A stretch of 64,000 bases of DNA from Albugo candida (Eukaryota). The DNA lies in the NCBI GenBank assembly GCA_040437565.1, contig JBDOQK010000027.1, positions 248,001 to 312,000 on the forward strand, given 5' to 3'. This document shows, one piece after another, positions 37,849 to 49,683 of this stretch (the stretch's first letter is position 1; each line of letters starts with the position of its first letter). Position numbers and translations under genes: made by a program. The notes under the pieces were generated by a model. That model did not search any database, was not told the origin of the DNA, and was given only the letters and a program-made list of their open reading frames with translations.

Positions 37849-38496
37849 CACTGCAATTCGTGACGTGCAACCACTTGCGTCACTTTCATGACCCTGTATA
37901 CTTTATCGCCTCACCCGTAGGATATTAAATTCATTTTGTAAGATCCTCATTGCTTGATGATTTGAGCTGTCATTACTGACTATCAAGGATAAAGTGAAAC
38001 CAGTCGGATGTTGTTTAGAGAATAAATAAAGCGGTGCCAATGGCTCCTTTTCAATCTGACGCTATTTCCCATCGAGCAACGAAGAAGTTCAACGACTTCT
38101 TCACAGAGGCCGACTGGTCAATTCTAGCAAGAATGGTCAGTTTTGGGGTCGAGTCAACATTTAGATGAAGTAGCTCTATGGCATATAAAGCTTTTAAAGA
38201 TGGAGTCACAGTCGCTGACGAACGTGAGAAAGAAATTTAGTGCTTTGCGAGAATGTTTATATGCTTCCTATCCCTAGTATCAGTTCTAATACGTTCACTC
38301 CACACTTTCATTTTACTAATCAAACACGAAATGTGAGAAGTAGCCACCAATCCCAGCCCCAACTTGTAGTTCTGGATGCACAATAGATCAAAGTTAGACG
38401 AGTCATCAGAAGCATAAGGTCATGTGGAATCGATTTGGATTCAAAATGCGCGTTCGTGTGCTAATTACAGCGGATAAAATGATGTGGATCCCACGC

Positions 38497-39721
38497 TTAT
38501 CGAAAGCTACTCAGCTCACTTTCCCATGACCCACACAACCACAGCGGTTGGAATAGATCGACCGAAGCTTCGTCTCTTTGGTGTCTAGAAACTATATAAT
38601 CTACTTCCTCTTCCTCTATCCCTGCATCGAGCCATTGAGAAGTGTATGGTCCTCCAACAAAGAAAGGATGCGCCAAAGCCTACGCAATTAAGTCAGGTAA
38701 TAGAAAGAAAGGAGTCAAACGTACTTCCTGAGCGGAGATGCGTTTATTCGGGTCAAAGGCTAATAATCTCCCGAGCAAATCAAGAGCTACAGGCGCTCCC
38801 TCCGGCACAATTTGACGCATCAAAAGGGGCGCATACACTGGAAAACAGATTTTGTTATAGTCGGGAAGCAGCTTCACGTCCTATTGAACGAATGAGAGAG
38901 ACCAATAACGACATGGAAGACTCACCGGCCACTGCTTCTCTGGATCCCCGTAAGCTTGCACGACACGATACAACTGATCTAGATCATTTTGGCCAGGAAA
39001 TAACGGCACAGCTGTCAGCATTTCCGCAAAAATAGCTCCAATGGCCCACATGTCAATGCCGCAATCATACTGACGACTTCCGAATAGCAATTCAGGCGCC
39101 CGATACCATCTTGTAGCGACTTGATGCGAGTATGAACGTCTTTTATTTGACGGAGAGAATACCGTCGCAAGTCCAAAATCAGCAATTTTCAATTCGCCAC
39201 ATGAAGTTACAAGCAAATTGGCTGGTTTTAAATCCTAAAGCCAAATCCATCTATCAAACCGATCGAAGTCTTTGCAATCAGCGCACCCGATGGAGAATCC
39301 CACGTGTATGGCAGCAAGCAATTCCTTGAAGCATCATACGAACAAAGAAACGGACGTCTGACTCCGTCAAGCGCGCTGAACGCCTCAAAATGCGATGCAA
39401 ATCCATCTCGACGTACTCCATAATCAACATTACCGAAGGTCCATCAGGGATGAATTCGACCAATCCAATGATCTGTTTGGATAACGCGTCAGCTCGGCAA
39501 TCTATCGAGCAAAGTATTACATTCGGATGGGATAATTGACGCAATGCTTCTATTTCTTGGACGATAAAACGCGGAAGAATATCATTCTCAGAGTCGCAAT
39601 TCGTCCATCCGATGCGTTTACTGGCAAACAAATTCCCCGAAGAAAGCTCGCGGACGAGGAATACCTCTCCAAAACTTCCATTTCCGAGTCGTCGTATGGT
39701 TTCATAACGATCCCGAAACAT
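38497..39721 (-). CDS. CDK20: Cyclin-dependent kinase 20 / CCRK-like, multi-exon
   Basis: [19 protein letters not shown] (split by an intron), [29 protein letters not shown] and [12 protein letters not shown]. Confidence 0.8.
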
Positions 39722-39812
39722 GAGAGCAACACATACAAAATTCAAATGAAAGTTCAAAGTGAAAAATGGAGATATATTGACACGAAAAAGCAGGAAAAAA
39801 TCGAATGCAAAG

Positions 39813-41166
39813 CTAATGACTGTTCTTCCAGACAAGATAACGCGTATCGCCGAGTTTGCGTGGACACAGCTTGTGTTTGGCGAAAAATAAGATCGCTAAC
39901 ACCATACAAATGGAGCCGACGACCATGTATGCAATTCCCAGAAAAGGATTCCTGCCGCCAAGCCACGAGGTTGTCGAGATTACCAGCGATTTCTTCCCAT
40001 CAAAAGTCGTCACTACAAAGTCTAAAAGTGTGTCTTAGCTCAACGATCTATTCATCCGGTAGGTTTCTTACTGCTTGATACGAGAAACTCCAGCTTACTT
40101 CCAGCGGGAAGATCTGTATCGATGCGTCCGTACAATTTCCGAAAACTCGGAAGACCAGCCGTACGCATCCAAACAATAAAATGCTCATCTTGCACGCCAA
40201 AAGCTTCGGCCGATGACGTCCACGCGGTCGTATTCACGATCGGCGGTTGACCGACATATGCTGGAATGATATATCGATACTTGGGGTTCTGCCATAGATA
40301 CAAGTTGTCATCCGTTCGATCGCTCGTTGGAATGTTTTTAAATTTAGCTTTCACATCGGTCTTCCATGCGATGCTGGTTTGCTGAAGCATATTGACGACC
40401 TTCCGCTCGGCTTTAGGAAGTACGTCTTGCTGATAATATTTGACGCCGTTTGAAAGTTTAACACTGTTGACCCAAAAGATATCTACAAAGAGATGCGTGA
40501 GTAAATTGTCAGCTAATCCATACGATGACATACACACCGTTGAACAAGCTGTTTGCAATAAGGCCGCACGGATTCAGACGATACGTTTGTGGGGTTGGAT
40601 TGAGCGGAATCCGATTTGTCGAATTGTATTTGACACTGGAAACCGTTTTCAAAGGTGAACAATCACTGTCAGAGGCCGAAGCATCTCCACGAAGCTGTGC
40701 ATCGCTCCGGGATTGCACGTAGCGACGATGATTTTGATAAAAGTTATCGAGCTGATAATACACGAAAATGGGCGCTTTCATATGTTTTTGAATATCGAAT
40801 GTCACGAGACAGCCGCGTTTCGTGTAATTGAATGTATTGCCTTCGTCTTCAGTCTCCAAGTAACATCCACGCCCGAAATTTGCGATGTTTTGAGACGTGG
40901 AAGGAGTGTTTTTGCCGTCGTATTGAATTGAGTATTCCACGACCTTTTCACATAAGTGAAATGGAATCAGAATATGAGCTATGAGATATATGAGAATCAC
41001 GTACGTTTTCTGATTCTGTATGTAAAACCACACCAATTGGGATGAATATCAATCCGACGACGAAAAAGGTCCCAATCACCCAATTTGGCGTTAGAATAGG
41101 CTGCCACGCCTTCAGACGTTGCTGTTTAAAGGGTGTGTCTTCTGGTTTTCTAGATTTCTCCTCCAT
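39813..41166 (-). CDS. CDC50: CDC50/LEM3 (ALIS) P4-ATPase flippase subunit, multi-exon
   Basis: FKQQRLKAWQPILTP, YYQLDNFYQNHRRYVQSR, PCGLIANSLFN, FIVWMRTAGLPSFRKLYG and SWLGGRNPFLG. Confidence 0.95.
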
Positions 41167-41412
41167 GAAGATGCTCTTGTTTTGCTCTGAACGCTCCCGC
41201 ACAAAGGTTGTTTTCCGCGTTGACAGACTCTTTTTCGTCTTTTGTCGGTTTTCTGCACTATTATGAGTTTCCACCAATCTGATTGCGTTATGCACTCTAT
41301 CCACATCGATTGGTGTTTTGTTCAATCCATTGTTTACAGATTTACCTCCAATGATATGCATCTACATTGGCGATTTTTAGCAAGTGAGTTTCCATTTGTT
41401 ATCGGCTTTCTA

Positions 41413-42252
41413 ATGAGTGGAAAGCACCACGATCGAGACTATCGAGGGCGTCATGACGACCGCAATTCTCGTGGTGAACGGCCACGTGACTATGATAGAA
41501 ATAAAGGAAGAGATACTGATCGCACACGAAATAGAAGCCGCGATCAAAACCGACGAGAAGGACGAGAACACCATGAAGCAATTTCAAGCCGTTATTCTGA
41601 TCGAAACCCCCCCTTAAGACCGGAAGCGAGCACTAGATACCCACGAGATAGCGATAATCGATCCGATCAATCATTCAGTCACACTAGCTCGCATACGACC
41701 CGTCATAACGAGCGATTACCGCCCACGCAAGCGATTGAAGGATGGGATCCGATCAAAGAAGCAGAACAAGATCCGGCGTGGGCGAGGATCTATATCTCCA
41801 ATCTTCCTGATGACGTGACAGTAGATGAATTACAGGAAACTTTTGGAGCGATTGGGATCGTCGCTAGGGAAAAACAGAAGCGAGGCTTCAAGGATCAATG
41901 GCCTTTTAAGATCAAATTGTATACCGACGAAACTGGAAAGTTTAAAGGTGACGCTGTGTTAACGTATGAGGATGCAAATGCGGCTAGAACAGCACCATCT
42001 TTTTTTAACGGTAAAAATACTTTTAAGCATCACATTGGATAGTGTCTCACAACACATTTAGGTTCTGAGATTCGAGGCAAATCTATCAAAGTAGAGCTTG
42101 CAGGAAAGCCTGAACCTCCTGCTGGCGGATGGATTGGATCAACAGGTGGACGAAGAGGTGGAGGACGCGGTGGTGGAGGCAGAGGCGGTTATGGTGGTAG
42201 TGAGCGAGAATTTCGAGGTCGAAGTGGCGGTCATCGTCCTCGGCCTTACTAG
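41413..42252 (+). CDS. FET-family-like (FUS/EWS/TAF15) RRM protein with RGG tail and PY-NLS, 2 exons
   Basis: RIYISNLP...FGAIGIV...IKLYTDETGKFKGDAVLTYEDANAA; intron 42011-42061; exon 2 reads IKVELA...RGGGRGGGGRGG...HRPRPY*. Confidence 0.8.
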
Positions 42253-42429
42253 CAATGTTACATACAGGAGTAGTGCTTTTGTTTCTGATAAACTGATACA
42301 GCGTTCAAAAAGTGACATAATCTTCCAGCGCCTTTCTTGTTACGTAGACAGTTCTATGTTTCCGTTAACCAACTGCTTTACAAACACTCACGAAGAAGAT
42401 GCGATTTCACTATCGAATTCGGACTGAAA

Positions 42430-43535
42430 ATGGCTCCACGACGTGGTAATATCGGATATATGTATACCGTCATGGAGGAAATGCAACATTTACGCCAGCA
42501 AGTGTCGACGTTGACTGATAAGAATCGCCACTTGGCTCGTCATTTGGTGTGACGCTCTTTCCACATTGGTCCATTTGAGAATGTGACGGTAAAATGATTG
42601 TAGAATACCACGAAAGAAGAACTTTGCAAAGGTGTTTGACGATTGATTGTTTTCAATTTGCTTACTGAATCGCTATCCAGTCCGGAAGACGGCAAACTCT
42701 TCCTTTACAGCGATGTGTACGTCCCCGCTCTTTATTGGAATTGTGGTTGACTAGTTTCAATATAGTATCATCCATCATGTCGGGAAAAGAAACAGGTCTG
42801 CCAGCGAGATCGTTTCAAAGCCTTGAACTTACTCAATAAAAAGAGACCAAAGGTATTCAATGTGAAGAAATACTTCCGTCGGAAGTACGGAGCGTGCCAA
42901 GCGAAGCTATTGGTTCATCACCGATACGAATGGCAAAAGAGGTTTGCTGCAACTTCGCAAGAGAAGTGCTAATTTATGGGATGAATTAGACACTACAAAA
43001 CCTCTCACCTAAAGAGCAAAAAATGCTATCGAGTGTCAAGTGCTCCAGTCTGGATGTAAAAGAGCGGGAGAATCGCTTCTTGAAGTCAGAAGACACGACA
43101 CAAGCGAAGGTAGAGAGCCATTGTTTAAGTCTATTATTCAGACTTATTTCTAGAAACGAACTTTACGTCAACGGAAACCAATTCGCTACATCGAACCGAG
43201 CTTAAAAACAAAGCTACGACAGGTACGCGTATTCCGTCCATATCGCAAGTAAATAAGAAATGATGGGCGTTAGGGACGCTATTACGGCCTCCTTCGGCAG
43301 AGTCCACCTAGTGTGTACCGCCATAGAGCATCGAAAAAGCGGAAGTACGCGTCTGTTCAACGACAAACGTTCCGACTCATTCGCCAAAGCCGAGCGCGTG
43401 CGATATCGTACGTGGAACCCAAACTCAATACGAAACTCCGACAGGTATGCAATAAATGGCCATTGTAAGACGCTGAGAGTTTGTGGTGTAAGGGCGATCG
43501 ATTCACGTTTTCACTGTACTGATAGCAGAGTGTAA
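42430..43535 (+). CDS. Possible multi-exon small coiled-coil protein
   Basis: ATG 42430 opens MAPRRGNIGYMYTVMEEMQHLRQQVSTL; further short charged segments are bounded by GT/AG. The gene model is unresolved. Confidence 0.35.
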
Positions 43536-44130
43536 AAAAGTAAAATAACAGCTTTATGATAAATTATTGGATGCAAAATGTGCGAACGGAAGTGCAATTG
43601 AGCTCATAGGCTTACACAATCGAAATACGCGAGGTAAAGAGCCAATGGGTAGTAGGAAATGAGCAGCTTGATAGCAAAGCATCGCGAACCAAATTTTAAG
43701 TACTGTGCTCCAATTTACTGGTGCAAGTCGGCGCCGATATGATCGAGTTTTTAGAAGCGTGAGCAGCCAAAGGGTTTGAGATAGAGACGTAATTTCCATG
43801 TAGTCGATTGATAAATGAGCTCGACTTGGTACAATAAAGAATCACTGTGTTTGAACTTTATGTAAACTGTTTACGCACAGAATGTAGGCGACATCTGCTC
43901 TCTCATGTAGCGTATGTCAGCATAGGATGGGAGATCTGTAATAAATGGTACTCTCACATGCGCTTATGTTGTACGTCATGTTTCTATTTACTGACGCACC
44001 TGCGATGTAGAAGTTTGGAAGAACTGGATGTACAATATACTGCGACATGTACCCAATTTGAAACATACCCGAACTATCTGATATAGATGTTACGCTAACG
44101 GTTAGGTTGATATGGCAGCAGATCAAGCTC

Positions 44131-45641
44131 ATGGGCGCATCGAGTTCGTTCTGTTCAGCGATGATACCGTCGTCACAGGCACCTTCTGGCCGCACCGAAG
44201 ACTGTATCCACCAATCCAGTACCCCACCCAGTGCATACAAACCTCCCTACACGTCATTACAGCAGCAGGAAGCGGTCTATTTCCCTTCAAAATGCTCTGT
44301 TTCTGGCTCTAATCAAGAAAATGGGACAGAAAACGTCGATCTTTCTCGATTTATGGAAAATCAAAATACACATCAGCAGTTTATCAGACACTGTAGCGTT
44401 CTCTTAGCCGGAGGTATCGCTGGAAGCATCGGGAAGACGATCACAGCGCCACTTAGTCGACTCACTATCCTCTTCCAAGTTCATAGTATGGTGTCCTCGC
44501 GACATCGAGATCGTTTCTCAGATAGTGNNNNNNNNNNNNNNNNNNNNNNNNNNNNNNNNNNNNNNNNNNNNNNNNNNNNNNNNNNNNNNNNNNNNNNNNN
44601 NNNNNNNNNNNNNNNNNNNNNNNNNNNCAGTTTATCAGACACTGTAGCGTTCTCTTAGCCGGAGGTATCGCTGGAAGCATCGGGAAGACGATCACAGCGC
44701 CACTTAGTCGACTCACTATCCTCTTCCAAGTTCATAGTATGGTGTCCTCGCGACATCGAGATCGTTTCTCAGATAGTGTGTCCAGCGCACTGATGAAAGT
44801 TTTGAAGACAGAAGGCGTTCTAGCGCTGTGGAAGGGTAATGGAGCCAGCGTCGTCCATCGATTTCCGTATTCCGCTGTGAATTTCTTCACATTTGAGCTT
44901 CTTCGAAGCTCTATTGATCAGTGGAGACAGGAAATTGAGAGTGATACTATTGAAGAAGTAAGTTCAGTTGGTTCATGGAAGACGACGTTCTTGTCGGGGG
45001 CGATCGCTGGTGCATTTGCTACAATCGCATGCTATCCAATCGATCTGATTCGCACTCGACTGGCAACACAGCTGGACACGGAGAAAAGATACAATGGGAT
45101 TTTGCATGCCGCATTTCGCATCAGAGCCGATGAGGGATTTCGAGGATTGTATCGAGGGCTTGGAGCTACGTTGATGGTCACAGTTCCCAATTTGGCCATC
45201 AATTTCACACTTTTCGAAAGTTTGAAAGAATTCGCGATACAATATCGCTCCCATCAAACTGTAGAACTCGACTCTTTGGACACAATTTGCGGGAACGAAA
45301 ATTTGAATTTGAATTTCGACGATTATGACGAGCTTCAAGATTCAGACGAGGACGACGAAAGACTTGGTATCGCTGATACACTTCTTTGCGGCGGAGTTTC
45401 TGGAATCGCTTCTTCGCTTGTAACATTTCCTATTGATGTTGTACGCCGACGTCTCCAAATCTCAGGCATTCATTCTACGAACCCATCAGGTCTATTCACA
45501 ATTGCGTCTCAGCTGTTCAAAGAACAAGGTGTTCGTGGATTTTATCGCGGTCTTACTCCTGAGCTGATGAAAGTTATTCCGATGGTTGGAATCACTTTTG
45601 GAATGTTTGACAAGCTCAAAGGCTGGATGGATATTGATTAG
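44131..45641 (+). CDS. Mitochondrial carrier family (SLC25) protein; spans a gap with duplicated flanks
   Basis: Three repeats: LAGGIAGSIGKTITAPLSRLT, YPIDLIRTRL and FPIDVVRRRLQ, plus EG...LWKGNG, GLYRGLG and GFYRGL. The start codon is uncertain. Confidence 0.92.
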
Positions 45642-45785
45642 AAAGCTTGCTCATCCTCCGCGACTCATCTTTGACGTATGTCCGCATGTCGGTTTTCTAG
45701 AAATACACACGATATTCTGACACCAATATATCGCTTGATTTTTCCTTGTCAACATCATTCTCATGCATCTAATCCAACACTGTTG

Positions 45786-46457
45786 TTAGATAGCAACCGA
45801 TGAAGATGCGAAATTGTTTGGTAACGCTGCTCCCCATTCATTTTCAATCTGCATAAATATTCCCTCTGGCGGTGGCATGGGCACTTCCAGATTCCACGAT
45901 ATCTCATTGACCTCTTTCGCTCTCTTCCACGTGAGTAAGACTGTGTCATCCTCTTTTTTGCTCATAAGTGCATGAATCTCCCTCAATACCTGACCAAGCG
46001 TCCTATTGACTACTAAGAGGTGATTTATTGCATATAATGTGTCACCCACGCGCAATCCTCCGCTGGCTTCTCCGGGACCTTTTATCCCCTGCCACTCAGC
46101 GCCCTGCACACGATTCCGAGGCACAAGCCGATCACCATCCAGCCGATAGTAATCGATGATCACCACCTCTGCGGTTTGAGCGAATCGGTTCCCTTGAGTT
46201 TTCACCACGAGTCCGAGTCGTTTGAAGATATCGAGATGGTGAACCCGATTGGCTGTTTTGAATTCCAGTAAAGGTAACCCTCCGCGCACTCCAATTCGAA
46301 CGGTACGGTGCTGCTTCTCCGACGCCGGAAGTTTTCGATTATATGTCGGTATAAAGACCTGTGTTTGACGATCATAGCTCAGACTAGTTGCGTATACTGG
46401 ACCAGAAAGATAGCTACCTCGACCATAGCTCGGTATATGTGAAGGTGTATTTCCCAT
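45786..46457 (-). CDS. PDZ-like domain protein with possible N-myristoylation site
   Basis: MGNTPS start; LGLVVK...GPGEASGGLRVGDTLYAINHLLV...VLREI fits the PDZ pattern. Confidence 0.6.
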   Translation of the reverse strand: MGNTPSHIPSYGRGSYLSGPVYATSLSYDRQTQVFIPTYNRKLPASEKQHRTVRIGVRGGLPLLEFKTANRVHHLDIFKRLGLVVKTQGNRFAQTAEVVIIDYYRLDGDRLVPRNRVQGAEWQGIKGPGEASGGLRVGDTLYAINHLLVVNRTLGQVLREIHALMSKKEDDTVLLTWKRAKEVNEISWNLEVPMPPPEGIFMQIENEWGAALPNNFASSSVAI

Positions 46458-47484
46458 GGGTAAATGACGAGCGGAACGTATGCGTAACGGCGGAGATGAC
46501 TTGTTGATTCAGGTCAAGAGAGTTGAAATTCAACTTACGATTCTAACATCAGATTGGATATTATACAGAGCGGGGGTAACCGCATGAGTAAATACCATAC
46601 CTCAACCCGAAACCTTAGTATGGTGTACACCTGGTAAGATGAAATCATAAGGTTATTGATGTTTCATCCAATCAAATGACGCACAAAAGTTGTGAAAGTG
46701 ACTCAATCCCCCATGACGCCAGCAATGAAGTTAGAAAGTTAGATATACATTCCAATGTATCAATGTGACTCTATAGTGAGTTATTTCATTTCAAGTAGAT
46801 GGCAACATTCACTCTTGTGGCAACATCGATTGTTCACTATTCTTTCAAGCTGAGCACACTGCTACATTCCTTACATTCAGGCGACATTAAATAGTCTTCG
46901 ATATCGCGATGACTTCCTCTGACAGCTATTTGCATCGCTGTATCGCCCAAAGCATCTACTTGATTGGCATTCGCGCCGTGACGGATCAACGTCTCTACAG
47001 CCNNNNNNNNNNNNNNNNNNNNNNNNNNNNNNNNNNNNNNNNNNNNNNNNNNNNNNNNNNNNNNNNNNNNNNNNNNNNNNNNNNNNNNNNNNNNNNNNNN
47101 NNCATGGGTAAATGACGAGCGGAACGTATGCGTAACGGCGGAGATGACTTGTTGATTCAGGTCAAGAGAGTTGAAATTCAACTTACGATTCTAACATCAG
47201 ATTGGATATTATACAGAGCGGGGGTAACCGCATGAGTAAATACCATACCTCAACCCGAAACCTTAGTATGGTGTACACCTGGTAAGATGAAATCATAAGG
47301 TTATTGATGTTTCATCCAATCAAATGACGCACAAAAGTTGTGAAAGTGACTCAATCCCCCATGACGCCAGCAATGAAGTTAGAAAGTTAGATATACATTC
47401 CAATGTATCAATGTGACTCTATAGTGAGTTATTTCATTTCAAGTAGATGGCAACATTCACTCTTGTGGCAACATCGATTGTTCA

Positions 47485-48126
47485 CTATTCTTTCAAGCTG
47501 AGCACACTGCTACATTCCTTACATTCAGGCGACATTAAATAGTCTTCGATATCGCGATGACTTCCTCTGACAGCTATTTGCATCGCTGTATCGCCCAAAG
47601 CATCTACTTGATTGGCATTCGCGCCGTGACGGATCAACGTCTCTACAGCCACAAGATGACCAGCATTACATGCTTTCATCAGTGGCGTTTTTCTTTGACT
47701 GTTCATTGCATTGACTTGTGCTCCCGCGGAAAGCAAAGCATCTATTTGTTTAAAGATCCCTCGAGATGCTGCAAAGTGTAAGGGAGTGCTCCCACACTCA
47801 TCTTGCGTATCTGCAAGTGCACCCAATTCGAGAAGTCGTTCCGCGAGTGCAACACGACCGTGATTAACCGCGTGATGCAAAGCTCGTAAGCCCCCAAACG
47901 TGACACACTCTACATCTGCGCCTTGTGAAATGAGAAATTCCGCCACATCCAAATGCCCGTTGCGTGCAGCCCACGCCAGGCAAGTGCATCCAAAAGCGTC
48001 TCGTTGATTAATCGTCGGGAAGGAACCATCATTATGCGCTAATACAGATCGAAGCTGTCGTACATTCCCCGTCGCGGCCAGCTTAAACGGGTTTACATCG
48101 CAGTCGGGAGGCTCTTCCAACGACAT
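47485..48126 (-). CDS. Ankyrin repeat protein
   Basis: About five repeats: GCTCLAWAARNGH, GLRALHHAVNHG, GSTPLHFAASRG, KTPLMKACNAGH and GDTAMQIA. Confidence 0.92.
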   Translation of the reverse strand: MSLEEPPDCDVNPFKLAATGNVRQLRSVLAHNDGSFPTINQRDAFGCTCLAWAARNGHLDVAEFLISQGADVECVTFGGLRALHHAVNHGRVALAERLLELGALADTQDECGSTPLHFAASRGIFKQIDALLSAGAQVNAMNSQRKTPLMKACNAGHLVAVETLIRHGANANQVDALGDTAMQIAVRGSHRDIEDYLMSPECKECSSVLSLKE

Positions 48127-48207
48127 TCTCAGCAAAAGGATATTAATAACCTATAAATGCGGTGCAAACTTCTCACTCATTGATAACGCTCTAAACCTTT
48201 TCTACAC

Positions 48208-49683
48208 TCAAAATTCATATATGCTCCCAGGTTCTGATTCTGCTCCGCTCAGACCTAACGACTTGTTGGACAGCGTAGATTCTTTAGGATCTCGTTTGTG
48301 CACAGTGGGTATAGATCCCAAATTGACTTGATCCGATGCTTCCGAATTGGTGGAGGCTAGTGTAGAATGCTGAGGGTGGGGAGATAGATTGGCGTTCCTA
48401 CCCAATACTGAAATCGACAAATTCAGCCTAGAATCAGAATCTTCTTGTAATGTTTCCATGGTATGTGGACCTCCTTCTTCTCTATTCACGATATTCGGGC
48501 CCTGATTTCGTCCAGGGTAAGATGGAAAGAAGAAATCTGGCGCCGGTGCGTGCATGCCAAAAGGGACTTCGCCTGCTATTTGGTTGCTTGCATCAAAGTT
48601 TCCAAAAGAATGCGTGCGCTCAAAATCACAGGTAGATGAATCCTCAAAAGGATTGTATGTGCTTGTTTGAGCGGAAGAACGACTTTCGAGGTTCAGTGTA
48701 CCCGTTGACGCTCCAAAAGGTTTGTGATATTTATCGTTCTTATCAGACAGCATCTGATACGGTCGTCGCCCTAGTGCGTCCGGTGCTGAATGATTGCTAA
48801 GCTGTGATACATTGAGAACATCCTTATTATCGGCTGAAGTCTTGAAATTACTACCAGCCCACGGGTAATCCTGATTTTCGGCCACGCTGATTCCAAGCTT
48901 TGTGTGTGAAGATGCTGTTACCGAATGCTTCCCCTGTTGAATGGAGGTGGACATTGGACCATTGAGAAATTGATCCTCTCTTGTCTTTTGATTGCGACGT
49001 CGTCGAAAGTATCCAATCCCGACAAATAGCGCTACTAGACCAGCAAATCCTCCAATAGCGATCCCAACTAAAGCGCCAGTTGATAGACTGGAATCAGGCG
49101 GCTTCGATTGAAGTACAGTGGTGGTGGTAAATACCATAATATCATAACGTTGCATCCGAATATTTTGTCCCGCTAATATAACATGAGCAAAGACCGTGTA
49201 TTCTCCACCATGATCGAAAGAAATAGATTGGTGGAATGTGGACTCATCATTTGTGAAATTTGAAGTTTCTTGTGTGGCAACCTTTTTATCGGCGCCACTA
49301 CGAAAGATATCGCAAATGGTCGTATGCGAGCAAGAATGTATGTTGGCATGTACTATTTCGGCTGGGCGTCCAGTAAAAGGATCGCGCGCTGTATACAGCT
49401 CATCCAGATTAAATTTATTCTTTCGATTACGTTTGACCGTGAAATCGTACGGAACCAATTCCATCTTAGGAACTGGCCCTTCCATTGCTTGAGATAAGGC
49501 GATTGTTACGGGGCACTCTTCATTTTTGCCCACGTCATGAATATAAGCAGAATCTGCATTTTCGACCTGTAGGCCTTGATCCAGGAAATAACAGTACGTT
49601 GTTCGAGCATCAAACTCGTAATCTATCGCGTATATACAGGATAAGAGGGTGGCTAAAAGATTGATGCGATGATACCTTACCAT
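48208..49683 (-). CDS. Type I membrane protein (signal peptide, Cys-containing ectodomain, single TM, disordered tail)
   Basis: N-terminal hydrophobic INLLATLLSCIYA; TM ALVGIAIGGFAGLVALFVGIGYF followed by RRRR; Ser-rich tail with no kinase motifs. Confidence 0.75.
   Translation of the reverse strand: MVRYHRINLLATLLSCIYAIDYEFDARTTYCYFLDQGLQVENADSAYIHDVGKNEECPVTIALSQAMEGPVPKMELVPYDFTVKRNRKNKFNLDELYTARDPFTGRPAEIVHANIHSCSHTTICDIFRSGADKKVATQETSNFTNDESTFHQSISFDHGGEYTVFAHVILAGQNIRMQRYDIMVFTTTTVLQSKPPDSSLSTGALVGIAIGGFAGLVALFVGIGYFRRRRNQKTREDQFLNGPMSTSIQQGKHSVTASSHTKLGISVAENQDYPWAGSNFKTSADNKDVLNVSQLSNHSAPDALGRRPYQMLSDKNDKYHKPFGASTGTLNLESRSSAQTSTYNPFEDSSTCDFERTHSFGNFDASNQIAGEVPFGMHAPAPDFFFPSYPGRNQGPNIVNREEGGPHTMETLQEDSDSRLNLSISVLGRNANLSPHPQHSTLASTNSEASDQVNLGSIPTVHKRDPKESTLSNKSLGLSGAESEPGSIYEF

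Noticed and set aside
46604-46618. Telomerase template or telo-box (AACCCGAAACCTTAG)
   Set aside because: Two mismatches to (CCCTAAA)n; too weak on its own.
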